From the NCBI GenBank assembly GCA_041658125.1, contig JBBAAS010000002.1, positions 8,951 through 72,950 of the forward strand: a stretch of DNA of 64,000 nucleotides, read 5' to 3'. Shown piece by piece: positions 1-9,612 of the stretch. Source of the stretch: Candidatus Shapirobacteria bacterium (GTDB taxonomy: Bacteria > Patescibacteriota > Microgenomatia > UBA12405). The position numbers and the translations under genes are program-made. Position 1 is the first letter of the stretch. Every line of letters starts with the position of its first letter. Below the pieces are notes generated by a model, which was not told where the DNA came from, searched no databases, and saw nothing but the letters and a program-made list of their open reading frames with translations.

Positions 1-1660
<1,660 letters not shown>

Positions 1661-1665
1661 CTAAA

Positions 1666-1687
1666 TCTCCCTTTGAAGAAAGGGAGA
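1666..1687. repeat. Intergenic hairpin (REP-like) between groES and groEL
   Basis: TCTCCCTTT-gaag-AAAGGGAGA perfect 9-bp stem. Confidence 0.55.
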
Positions 1688-1733
1688 CTTGTTAGATTAT
1701 TTGGTTAATTTTTAACATTTAATAAAAAATAAA

Positions 1734-2033
1734 TTACTTAATGACAGCCATTATGTCGTCGAATTTTAAAATTAAGTATTCTTCGGTACCATCTTTATAT
1801 TCTTTGCCGCCCCATTCACGGTAAACAACAACGTCGTCAACGGCACAGGGAGCAGAAATTTCCCGTTTATCCTGATAAACAGAATCGCCAACGGCTAAAA
1901 CAGTCCCTTGTTGGGGCTTGTCTTCGTGAGAATCGGGTAAAACGATACCGGAAGCAGTGGTTTTATCCTGTTTTTGAGGCTTAACTAAAAGGTAACCGGG
2001 GACGGGATGAATACGGATAGTTGATTTGGACAT
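1734..2033 (-). CDS. groES: Co-chaperonin GroES
   Basis: TASGIVLPD...PQQGTVLAVG motifs, 99 aa, upstream of groEL. Confidence 0.97.
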   Translation of the reverse strand: MSKSTIRIHPVPGYLLVKPQKQDKTTASGIVLPDSHEDKPQQGTVLAVGDSVYQDKREISAPCAVDDVVVYREWGGKEYKDGTEEYLILKFDDIMAVIK

Positions 2034-2050
2034 AGATGGTTAATTAATAA

Positions 2051-2076
2051 ATAGCACTAAATTTTTCGACTGCTAA
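2051..2076. promoter_or_regulatory. Degenerate CIRCE-like (HrcA) operator upstream of groES
   Basis: ATAGCACTA-N8-GACTGCTAA versus consensus TTAGCACTC-N9-GAGTGCTAA; spacer is one base short. Confidence 0.5.
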
Positions 2077-2130
2077 TATTATAGCGAGGAAGGGGGTTTG
2101 GTCAAGGGGCAAAGTGGTAAAATCGGAGAA

Positions 2131-2463
2131 ATGCCAAAAGAAAACAGAACAGAAAGGTACGGAAGGGCGTTAGCTAACTGGATTAATTTTACGATAGGAT
2201 CAATCCCAGAGACAGAGAAAACTGTCTACCGGCAAACAGTTATCGAGGGGCTAGAAAATTTTGCAGTAGTACCAAGAAAAAGAGGCGAACCAAATGGAAA
2301 TTCTTGTGAACTTGAAGGCATGGAGGAGATTGAGATAAGAAATCCGGAAAATTTAGTGAAAATAATACGGGAGGGAATTCACTTGATGTATCAAAAAGAT
2401 ATAGCAAGAAGAGTGGTGAAGGCAACACTGCAGGAACTTAAGAGGGGTAAAATTGATCAATGA
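2131..2463 (+). CDS. Hypothetical protein
   Basis: ORF with TAAAAT 7 nt before the ATG; ATGA overlap with the next gene. Confidence 0.7.
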   Translation: MPKENRTERYGRALANWINFTIGSIPETEKTVYRQTVIEGLENFAVVPRKRGEPNGNSCELEGMEEIEIRNPENLVKIIREGIHLMYQKDIARRVVKATLQELKRGKIDQ

Positions 2464-3263
2464 AATTAGTAAAAACAAAACTTGACGGAAGAGAGTTTTG
2501 GTATCGGGAGGATGACAGGTATATCGGGCAAAGAATTGCCTTAGAAAAATATGAGCCGTATTTGACGAAATTGATTTTGGAAAATATTGATATTAATAGT
2601 ATGGCGGTGGATGTGGGAGCAAATATTGGCTATTACACGGTATTATTGGCGAATAAAATTAAAAATGTCTGGGCGGTGGAACCGGAAGAAAAAACATTTG
2701 AAATATTAACGAAAAATTGTGAAGAGTTAAAAAATGTAAATTTAATAAAGGCGGCGGCCGGGAGTAAGGATGGAGTAACAGAATTGGAAGTTTCAAAAGA
2801 AAATTATGGAAACCACAGGATAATTTCAAATTTCAAATTTCAAATTTCAAAAACAGAAAAAGTAAAAATAAAAAAACTGGGTAGCTTAGTTAAAGAACAG
2901 GTTGATTTGATGAAGATTGACGTGCAGGGATGGGAAAGCGAGGTGATAAAAGGAGCGAAAGAGTTGATAAAAAAATACAAACCGACGATATTTTTTGAAT
3001 TGTCAAAAAAGGAAAATTATGACAAAGATAAAAAAATGTGGATATTTTTAAAAAATATTTATAAAAATATTTATTTTATTGATGAATATATTCAAATTTA
3101 TTATCCGGTAAGTTTTGAATGGGTAAAAAAGTATGTAGAGAAAAAAGAACAGGGCAATTTGGTGGTATTTCGGGAAAACAATTTGGAAACAAAATGGGGA
3201 GGAATAAAGGATTTTTGGCCGAAAAAATGGATAAAAAGAATTATCGGCAGACTGGAAACTTAA
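2460..3263 (+). CDS. FkbM-family SAM-dependent methyltransferase
   Basis: VDVGANIGYY, AVEP, MKIDVQGWE motifs. Confidence 0.92.
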   Translation: MKLVKTKLDGREFWYREDDRYIGQRIALEKYEPYLTKLILENIDINSMAVDVGANIGYYTVLLANKIKNVWAVEPEEKTFEILTKNCEELKNVNLIKAAAGSKDGVTELEVSKENYGNHRIISNFKFQISKTEKVKIKKLGSLVKEQVDLMKIDVQGWESEVIKGAKELIKKYKPTIFFELSKKENYDKDKKMWIFLKNIYKNIYFIDEYIQIYYPVSFEWVKKYVEKKEQGNLVVFRENNLETKWGGIKDFWPKKWIKRIIGRLET

Positions 3264-3281
3264 ATAGGATATAATTTTGAC

Positions 3282-4589
3282 ATGGCAAAAATCAAAAACA
3301 TCAAAGCAAGAGAAATTTTAGCGTCGGGAGGAGAACCGACTTTAGAAGCTACAGTAATTTTAGAGAATGGAACTGTGGGCGAAGCGTCAGTCCCCTATGG
3401 GGCATCGGCAGGAAGCCATGAAGCAACAGTACTTTTTGACGGCGATAAAAACCGGTATAACGGCAAGGGAATGTTAAAAGCGGTAGCTAATATTAATGAA
3501 ATTTTAGCCAAAGAAGTGGTGGGGATAGAAGCCGAAGATCAAAGAAAAATTGATGAAAAAATGATTTTAATTGATGGAACGGAATATAAGTCCAAAATCG
3601 GAGGCAATGCGATGCTGGGAGTATCCATGGCTGTGGCCCGAGCGGCGGCCGAGGAAAAGAAACTACCGTTATATGAATATTTGAGAAAATCTTTTGGAAC
3701 GGATAATGAAAAAATAAAATTGCCAAGACCGATGACCGTGATGATTGAAGGAGGAAAACATGCCGATAATTCGACCGATTTACAGGAATATATAGTGTCA
3801 ATGCAACTGAACGACAGTGCCTCGGAAAATATCAGAAGAGAAATGGAAATATACGGAAAACTTAAGGCGTTGTTTAAAGAAATGAGACTGAATATTAATG
3901 TCGGAAATGAAGGTGCGTTTGCCTATGCCGGAGTAAAACAACCGGACGTGACGATAACCGGGGCGTTTGCACCATTGGCGATGAAATCAAACGAGGAGCC
4001 GCTTGGGTTATTATTAAAAGCAATTGAAATGGCCGGGTATAAACCGGGAGTAGAAGCGGCATTGTCAATTGATGCGGCGGCATCGGAATTTTTTGAAGAT
4101 GGAAAATATCACTTGAAAACGGAAAACAGAGTGTTAACCGGAGATGAATTAATTGATTATTACGTATCGTGGCTGAATAAATATCCGATTGTAACGATAG
4201 AAGATATGATGGCTGAAGATGATTGGGAGAATTGGGTAAAACTGACAGCCAAGGTCAACGGCGAAGCGACAGTGATTGCCGATGATTTGACGGTAACCAA
4301 TGTTAAAAGATGGCAAAAGGCAATTGAAATGAAAGCGGCGACGGCAATCTTGATTAAATTAAATCAGGCGGGAACAGTGACGGAAACAGTCGATTGTTGT
4401 CTGTTGGCCAAAAAACACGGATTAATGACAGTACCGTCACACCGGGGTGGTGGCGAAACAAATGATACATTTATGGTCGATTTGGCGGTAGCGATGGGGA
4501 GTGAATATATCAAAGTAGGTCCAACGCGAGGTGAAAGAGTCTGCAAATATAACAGACTGATGAGAATAGAAGAAGAGCTGAAGGGCTAG
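3282..4589 (+). CDS. eno: Enolase (divergent)
   Basis: AREIL, GASAG.HEA, IGGNA.LGVS, SIDAAASEF, IEDM, ADDLTVTN, LIKLNQ.G, SHR.GET, ER..KYNRL motifs. Confidence 0.95.
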   Translation: MAKIKNIKAREILASGGEPTLEATVILENGTVGEASVPYGASAGSHEATVLFDGDKNRYNGKGMLKAVANINEILAKEVVGIEAEDQRKIDEKMILIDGTEYKSKIGGNAMLGVSMAVARAAAEEKKLPLYEYLRKSFGTDNEKIKLPRPMTVMIEGGKHADNSTDLQEYIVSMQLNDSASENIRREMEIYGKLKALFKEMRLNINVGNEGAFAYAGVKQPDVTITGAFAPLAMKSNEEPLGLLLKAIEMAGYKPGVEAALSIDAAASEFFEDGKYHLKTENRVLTGDELIDYYVSWLNKYPIVTIEDMMAEDDWENWVKLTAKVNGEATVIADDLTVTNVKRWQKAIEMKAATAILIKLNQAGTVTETVDCCLLAKKHGLMTVPSHRGGGETNDTFMVDLAVAMGSEYIKVGPTRGERVCKYNRLMRIEEELKG

Positions 4590-5152
4590 ATTTCGTACTG
4601 AAAAAATTGATCGTAGGGAATAGTCCAGGAACAGGCATCAGATTCGGTTGCGTTTTCCATAATTTTTCGGAATAAGCGAATAGAATTGCTGCTACCGGAA
4701 ATGGCAATATGGGTATCTTTGCCGGAATAATTAGCTTTTAGGTCGTCGATAAAAGATTGGAGGCGGACTTGAACGTCAGCATAGCTTTCCCCGGCCGGGG
4801 GGCGATCAGTCCAACCGCGGTGCCATTTATCAAACTGCTCTTGACCATATTGGCCGATAATTTCCTGATGAGGATGACCGGAAAGATCACCATAATTTCT
4901 TTCCAAAATACGGTCATCGACAATAGTTTTTTGACATTCGGGATGATATTGGAGAATGATCTTCAAAGTTTCCTGACAGCGTTTAAGATGGGAAACATAA
5001 GCCAAATCGATTTTTTTGTCCTGAAGAAGAAGAGAAAGGCCTTGTGCTTGCTGCCGACCTAAATCGGTAAGATTGGATTCCAGCCAACCGGTAAAAACTT
5101 TATTTAAATTGTAATCAGTTTGACCGTGACGAAAAATGTAGATGGTAGACAT
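4586..5152 (-). CDS. gpmA: Histidine phosphatase / 2,3-BPG-dependent phosphoglycerate mutase
   Basis: RHGQT..N...FTGW, ERNYGDL, PPAGES motifs; start probably MSTIY (5152), alternatively 5188. Confidence 0.8.
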   Translation of the reverse strand: MSTIYIFRHGQTDYNLNKVFTGWLESNLTDLGRQQAQGLSLLLQDKKIDLAYVSHLKRCQETLKIILQYHPECQKTIVDDRILERNYGDLSGHPHQEIIGQYGQEQFDKWHRGWTDRPPAGESYADVQVRLQSFIDDLKANYSGKDTHIAISGSSNSIRLFRKIMENATESDACSWTIPYDQFFQYEI

Positions 5153-5184
5153 ATGCTTAATTTTTAATTTATAATTTTTAATTT

Positions 5185-5892
5185 TCAAGAGGATAAATGT
5201 AGATAGTATTGTCTTTGAGCTTCCGGGAGCTTTTCAATAGAGTAGCGGAGGGCCGTGCGGGGAAGACGGGTGGCATACTCGTCAAGAAAATTTAGCAGGG
5301 TTTTTAAGTCGCACTTACCGACCTCGCGGAGCATCCAACCGACGGCTTTATGGAGGAGATCTTCGGGGTCATTAATGAGAGTCTTACTGATAGCTAAAGT
5401 GTCGCCAAACTGACCGTTTTTGATAAAAGTAAGGGTGGAAATGATGGAAATACGGCGTTCCCATATGCTTTTGGATTGGGACAAAGTTGTTAGTATTGAT
5501 CTATTTATTTGTTCTAAAAGATAAGCGCCGACAATATTGAGAGCGGAAATGTCAACCAGATCCCAATTGTTGATGCGGGAAGTGTGTTTTAGATAAAAAT
5601 TAAAAATGCTTTTTTGTTGATTTTTAAATTTGGAAAATTGATGACAAAGGGAGGCGAGAGCGACAGTCCGATGTTCATGATAAGGACTTCGGAGCAATTG
5701 ATCGAGGTCGGCAAGGGTTAAAGATTGCCAATATTTTTTGACAACCGAGCGGATTTGAGGAACGGTCAGACCTAAAAATTGATCCCCGGCTCCATATTGG
5801 CCGGGAGCGGTTTTGAAGAAACGCTTAAAGATTAAAACTTTGGCGGGGTTAGAAAGGGATTGGAGTTCGGAGAGAACATCGTTAATAACCAT
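5185..5892 (-). CDS. DNA alkylation repair protein (AlkD-like HEAT repeat)
   Basis: FFKT.PGQYG.GD.FLG, INNWDLVD, HKAVGWMLREVGK, PRTALRY.IE motifs. Confidence 0.93.
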   Translation of the reverse strand: MVINDVLSELQSLSNPAKVLIFKRFFKTAPGQYGAGDQFLGLTVPQIRSVVKKYWQSLTLADLDQLLRSPYHEHRTVALASLCHQFSKFKNQQKSIFNFYLKHTSRINNWDLVDISALNIVGAYLLEQINRSILTTLSQSKSIWERRISIISTLTFIKNGQFGDTLAISKTLINDPEDLLHKAVGWMLREVGKCDLKTLLNFLDEYATRLPRTALRYSIEKLPEAQRQYYLHLSS

Positions 5893-5894
5893 TT

Positions 5895-5980
5895 TGGCGG
5901 AAGGAGAGGGAGTCGGACCCTCATGTCCTTTCGGGCGCGGGTTTAGCGAACCCGTGGCTTACCATTCGCCGCATCCTTCC
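5895..5980 (-). tRNA. tRNA-Ser(GCT)
   Basis: Acceptor GGAAGGA/TCCTTCC-G-CCA, anticodon arm CGGGT-TCGCTAA-ACCCG, long variable arm; atypical C33 and T-loop TCCGACT. Confidence 0.88.
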
Positions 5981-6036
5981 AAAAGTAGATACTATTATAC
6001 TATGCCAGATAGCCTTCGTTATGTTATATTTTATCA

Positions 6037-6582
6037 ATGGCTGATTCCTCAAAAAGTATCAAAATTGACAACTTCGAAGAAATCAACGAGGAAAAGTCTC
6101 TTTTTGAGTGGGATGCTCCCGAACGTGCCTTTCAAAAACGGAACCGTGATTTTTGGATTACTGCCATTGCTATTTTAGTTTTAGTCTCGGTCATCCTGTT
6201 TTTTATCAAAGAAATGTTTTTAATTATTGCCCTTGGTTCGGTTTTATTCCTCTATTACGTTTTGTCTACTATCCCTCCGGAAAATACTCACTACAAAATC
6301 ACCAACCGCGGTCTTTATTTTGGTGAAGCTTTTTACCCATGGAGCTGGGTTTCCCGGTTTTGGTTTAAAACCAGTTTAAGTAGCCTTTTACTAGAACTGG
6401 AGACCAATCTTCGTTTTCCCCGTCAAATATCACTCGTTATTCACCAAGAGGACGAAGAAATTCTTAAAAAAATTATTCTCAAACGCCTTCCTATGGTTGC
6501 CAGTTCTCCTACATTTATCGACAAATTAACGAAGTGGTTTTCGGAACGTCTGCCTTTGGAAAATAGGGAAAAAACGAAGTAA
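6037..6582 (+). CDS. Hypothetical membrane protein (two TM helices, CPR-typical W.APE...W family)
   Basis: EWDAPER...RDFW, two hydrophobic helices, then YKITNRGL PH-like region. Confidence 0.85.
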   Translation: MADSSKSIKIDNFEEINEEKSLFEWDAPERAFQKRNRDFWITAIAILVLVSVILFFIKEMFLIIALGSVLFLYYVLSTIPPENTHYKITNRGLYFGEAFYPWSWVSRFWFKTSLSSLLLELETNLRFPRQISLVIHQEDEEILKKIILKRLPMVASSPTFIDKLTKWFSERLPLENREKTK

Positions 6583-6607
6583 TTAAGGTATAATCAGAAA
6601 GTTGCAC

Positions 6608-6682
6608 GCGCCCATAGTTTAATGGATAGAATAGCGGTTTGCGGAACCGTTGATCTGAGTTCGATTCTCAGTAGGCGCACCA
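6608..6682 (+). tRNA. tRNA-Arg(GCG)
   Basis: GCGCCCA...TAGGCGC-A-CCA; anticodon arm GCGGT-TTGCGGA-ACCGT; T-loop TTCGATT. Confidence 0.92.
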
Positions 6683-6685
6683 CTT

Positions 6686-6770
6686 GGAGGGTGGGCAGGA
6701 TGGTAATGCGCTGGTTTCGAAAACCAGTGTCCGCAAGGACTAACAGGTTCGACTCCTGTACCCTCCGCCA
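6686..6770 (+). tRNA. tRNA-Ser(CGA), integration site of the island
   Basis: GGAGGGT...ACCCTCC-G-CCA; anticodon arm CTGGT-TTCGAAA-ACCAG; long variable arm. Confidence 0.95.
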
Positions 6771-6848
6771 ACTGGGAAAAGCGGGCGAATTCAGCAAAAT
6801 TCGCCAGCCAATATTGCCCTGAAATCCGAAATTTTTATCTTTTAAAAC
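6765..6848 (+). repeat. Inverted repeat A, left copy (84 bp; attL arm)
   Basis: Exact reverse complement of 8226-8309. Confidence 0.97.
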
Positions 6849-8225
6849 GAAGTTCGAGCCGATATTTTTTAAGAAACTCCTAAATTCATAAGGATTGTTT
6901 TTCTTCAATAACATTTTGGCTTGGCTGGCGGATAAAATCATTTCTTTCACAAGTTCGAGCCAATTATTTCCTTTTGATTCAAAATCTTTTAAACCCTGCT
7001 CGATGACAGCTTGTTGATTGATAAACAAATTTTTCTTGGTAAGGTATTGTCGGTTGTCAATTAAGTTGTCGAGTCAGAAATTTAGCAGGTCGTCGAGTTT
7101 CCGATTGATTTCCACTTTTTGGGATAAAAGATTTTGAATCAATGGTTGAGACTGATTTTTAGCTTGATTGGTTTCTTTGTCCAACTCTACCAACATCTTT
7201 TTTACCCAGTCTTTAGGCAAAGAAACTTTTTGAATTTTGATTTTGATTTGGTTGATCAATTCTTCCTCTCGCAAATATTTTTCGGGACAATTACCTTTCT
7301 TTTTGGTACAACGATAATAGTTGTGGCCTTTTTGAGTTTCGGCAGTAATTAAGCAACCACAGCCACCACACCTCATTAGTCCCGAAAAAATAAACTCGTG
7401 TTTACGTTTTCGTTGTTTTTTGCCACGGTTACTCATCACCTCTGCTACTAAATCAAAAAGTTTCTTAGAAATAATTGGCTCATGAACTCCTTTGTATAAT
7501 TCACCATTGAATCGAATCAGTCCGTAATAAATTGGATTTTGCAACATAAATTGGACACGGGATTCAGATAAAGTTTTATCCTTGTAACTTTTAAGGTTTG
7601 ACTTAGCGAAAAATCCGGCAATACCTTTCAGGGTACAATCTCCCGATGAGTACATTTCAAATGCCTTTTTAATTAACTTTGCCTTGGGTATATCAATATC
7701 AATTCCTTTGGTTTTACGATTATTGATGTAGCCTATCGGTGCAAAAGACGGCCACAAACCATTCTTTAATTTTTGTCTAATTCCTCGCCGGATATTTTCG
7801 CTTAAATTGTCAACATAATATTTACTCTGACCAAAGGCAATATTTAACATAAACTTTCCCTGTGGAGTTGAGTCAAACCAAAAAGTGGGAAACTTTAAAT
7901 CAAGAATTTTCCCCGTGTCCAATAAATAAATGATTTTTCCGCCATCAATAGAATTTCTTGCCAATCTATCAGGGTGCCATGCAACAATGCCCTGCGCTTC
8001 GCCCTTTTCCATTCTTTCAATCATTTGATTAAAAACAATCCTTCCTGGTTTCTTGGCAGTTTTTGCCTCGGTAAACGAGGCAACGATTTCAATTTTTTGA
8101 ATTGTGGCAAATTCTTTTAATTCAGCAATTTGATCGCCAATACTTTTGATTTGTCTTTCCTCACTGTCAGTTGATTTTCTAGCGTATAAAAAGTATTTCA
8201 TTTTTTTAAGCCCGCATTTGGCCTT

Positions 8226-8309
8226 GTTTTAAAAGATAAAAATTTCGGATTTCAGGGCAATATTGGCTGGCGAATTTTGCTGAATTCGCCCGCTTTTCCC
8301 AGTTGGCGG
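8226..8309 (-). repeat. Inverted repeat A, internal copy (84 bp)
   Basis: Exact reverse complement of 6765-6848. Confidence 0.97.
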
Positions 8310-8424
8310 TGTGCATTCGAAAAAATTCGAACAGAATTTTTAAATTTATAATGACGGGCGAGGTCGCCCCCACCCGACCTGCCCGCCGTGGTGGGACTGC
8401 CCGCAAAAAACAGAGGATTTCAAT
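8306..8424 (+). repeat. Inverted repeat B, internal copy (119 bp)
   Basis: Reverse complement of 13398-13516 with one mismatch; overlaps repeat A by GCGG. Confidence 0.97.
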
Positions 8425-8488
8425 AAAACTGCCAAAATATCGGCTCAAACTTCTTTCGGGCCAAATGCGGGCCTTTGAAAAAATTAAT

Positions 8489-8518
8489 ATTCCACTTTGG
8501 CATATTACATTATGGAAT
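8489..8518. promoter_or_regulatory. Tandem palindromic operators (C-box-like) upstream of the XRE controller gene
   Basis: ATTCCA-ctt-TGGCAT directly followed by ATTACA-tta-TGGAAT. Confidence 0.6.
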
Positions 8519-8538
8519 ATATGATAGTAATTATCAAG

Positions 8539-8766
8539 ATGATGGATAAAACGATATTTACCAGAGAACATAAGCTACTTACCAAACTACTTAGACAAGC
8601 CCGAATAGACGCGGGTTTGGATCAAATCCAGGTCGCAAAACTTTTGAAAAAAACTCAATCCTATGTATCAAAAATCGAATCAGGCCAAAGAAGAATTGAT
8701 ATTATTCAACTTAAAGAATTCGCCAGAATCTATAAGAAAAACATTAATTATTTTTTAGATAAATAG
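8539..8766 (+). CDS. XRE-family HTH protein, probable R-M controller (C protein)
   Basis: LRQARIDAGLDQIQVAKLLKKTQSYVSKIESGQRRID; immediately upstream of the REase; start uncertain. Confidence 0.85.
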   Translation: MMDKTIFTREHKLLTKLLRQARIDAGLDQIQVAKLLKKTQSYVSKIESGQRRIDIIQLKEFARIYKKNINYFLDK

Positions 8767-8768
8767 AT

Positions 8769-9608
8769 ATGGATACCCTTTTAACGAAAAAAGATGCAAT
8801 AAAATTGATTGGTTTAGATTCAAAAACTTTTGATAACTACTTTCGAAATGCCGATGAATTTACCAGTCAAAAGAGAATTAATGGTAAAGGTAGATTTTTA
8901 TTCAGTAAAAGTTTGCTTGATAAATGGCTAACTAGTTATGAGTGGAGAACAATTGAACTTACCTACGATGATTATGTGTTGTGTTTAGATTTCGCGTTGG
9001 CTCAGCATTTTCGAGGATATGTTCTATCTGATTGGGGTACTGCCAGACAAAGAGAATTTGGTCAAAAAATTACCAATTGGATAAAGGGTCAATTGGCCGA
9101 AGTAGCAGTAAAAAAATTTTTTAAGAGGGAATTTAACGCTGATATCGAGCTCGATTTTGGAATTCACAAGAATATCGTACCTCAAGATATTATCAGCGTA
9201 TCCATAAATGGATCAAAAAGATTACCCAGGGTTGGTATCGGTATTAAGGCCTCAAAACCAAAAAGTTCATATTTAGTTTTGGGAGAAAATGAAATAATTA
9301 TTTCAGAAAGAAGATCTGACTATTATATTTTTTGCAGGCCGGATATCCCCGATGACCATCTACTTAGACTGACTAAAGAAAAAATAACCAAAATTGTTAG
9401 TCAGCAACCCCATTTTGATAAATATAAAGATGATATTCCAAGTTTCGAAAATATATTCTGTGAGATTAGCGGGTGGTGCGGAGTTGATGAACTTGAAAGG
9501 GTTACAAGTATTCCAGGTCAAGATTTTACGGGGGTTAGGTATGTTAAAAAATCCGGACACTTACACAAAAATAAATCAGATTGGCAGAGATTAATCGACA
9601 AACTTTAA
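8769..9608 (+). CDS. Putative type II restriction endonuclease with N-terminal HTH
   Basis: N-terminal excisionase-like HTH, then G.LAE.AV...QDI...IGIKASK PD-(D/E)xK-like core; convergent with the m5C MTase. Confidence 0.7.
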   Translation: MDTLLTKKDAIKLIGLDSKTFDNYFRNADEFTSQKRINGKGRFLFSKSLLDKWLTSYEWRTIELTYDDYVLCLDFALAQHFRGYVLSDWGTARQREFGQKITNWIKGQLAEVAVKKFFKREFNADIELDFGIHKNIVPQDIISVSINGSKRLPRVGIGIKASKPKSSYLVLGENEIIISERRSDYYIFCRPDIPDDHLLRLTKEKITKIVSQQPHFDKYKDDIPSFENIFCEISGWCGVDELERVTSIPGQDFTGVRYVKKSGHLHKNKSDWQRLIDKL

Positions 9609-9612
9609 AGAC

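Larger units (their letters stand above)
6594..8201 (-). pseudogene. Large serine recombinase interrupted by an in-frame TGA (7074-7076)
   Basis: YARKST catalytic motif, DRLARN, recombinase domain, zinc ribbon (C..C...YYRC...C), coiled coil. ORFs 7074-8201 and 6594-7028 are in the same frame (LLNF*LDNLIDN...). The C-terminus reads through the antisense of the tRNAs. Confidence 0.85.

Noticed and set aside
6594-7028. 144-aa ORF as an independent gene
   Set aside because: It is the in-frame continuation of the recombinase after the TGA and overlaps two tRNAs on the opposite strand.
7074-7076. UGA recoding (genetic code 25, or selenocysteine)
   Set aside because: Many genes here end in TGA with ATGA overlaps and no other gene shows internal TGAs, so a nonsense mutation is simpler.
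8206-8571. ORFs 8206-8571, 8303-8524 and their mirror 13373-13561
   Set aside because: They fall on the inverted repeats and structured region; their shared peptide is only the translated repeat B.
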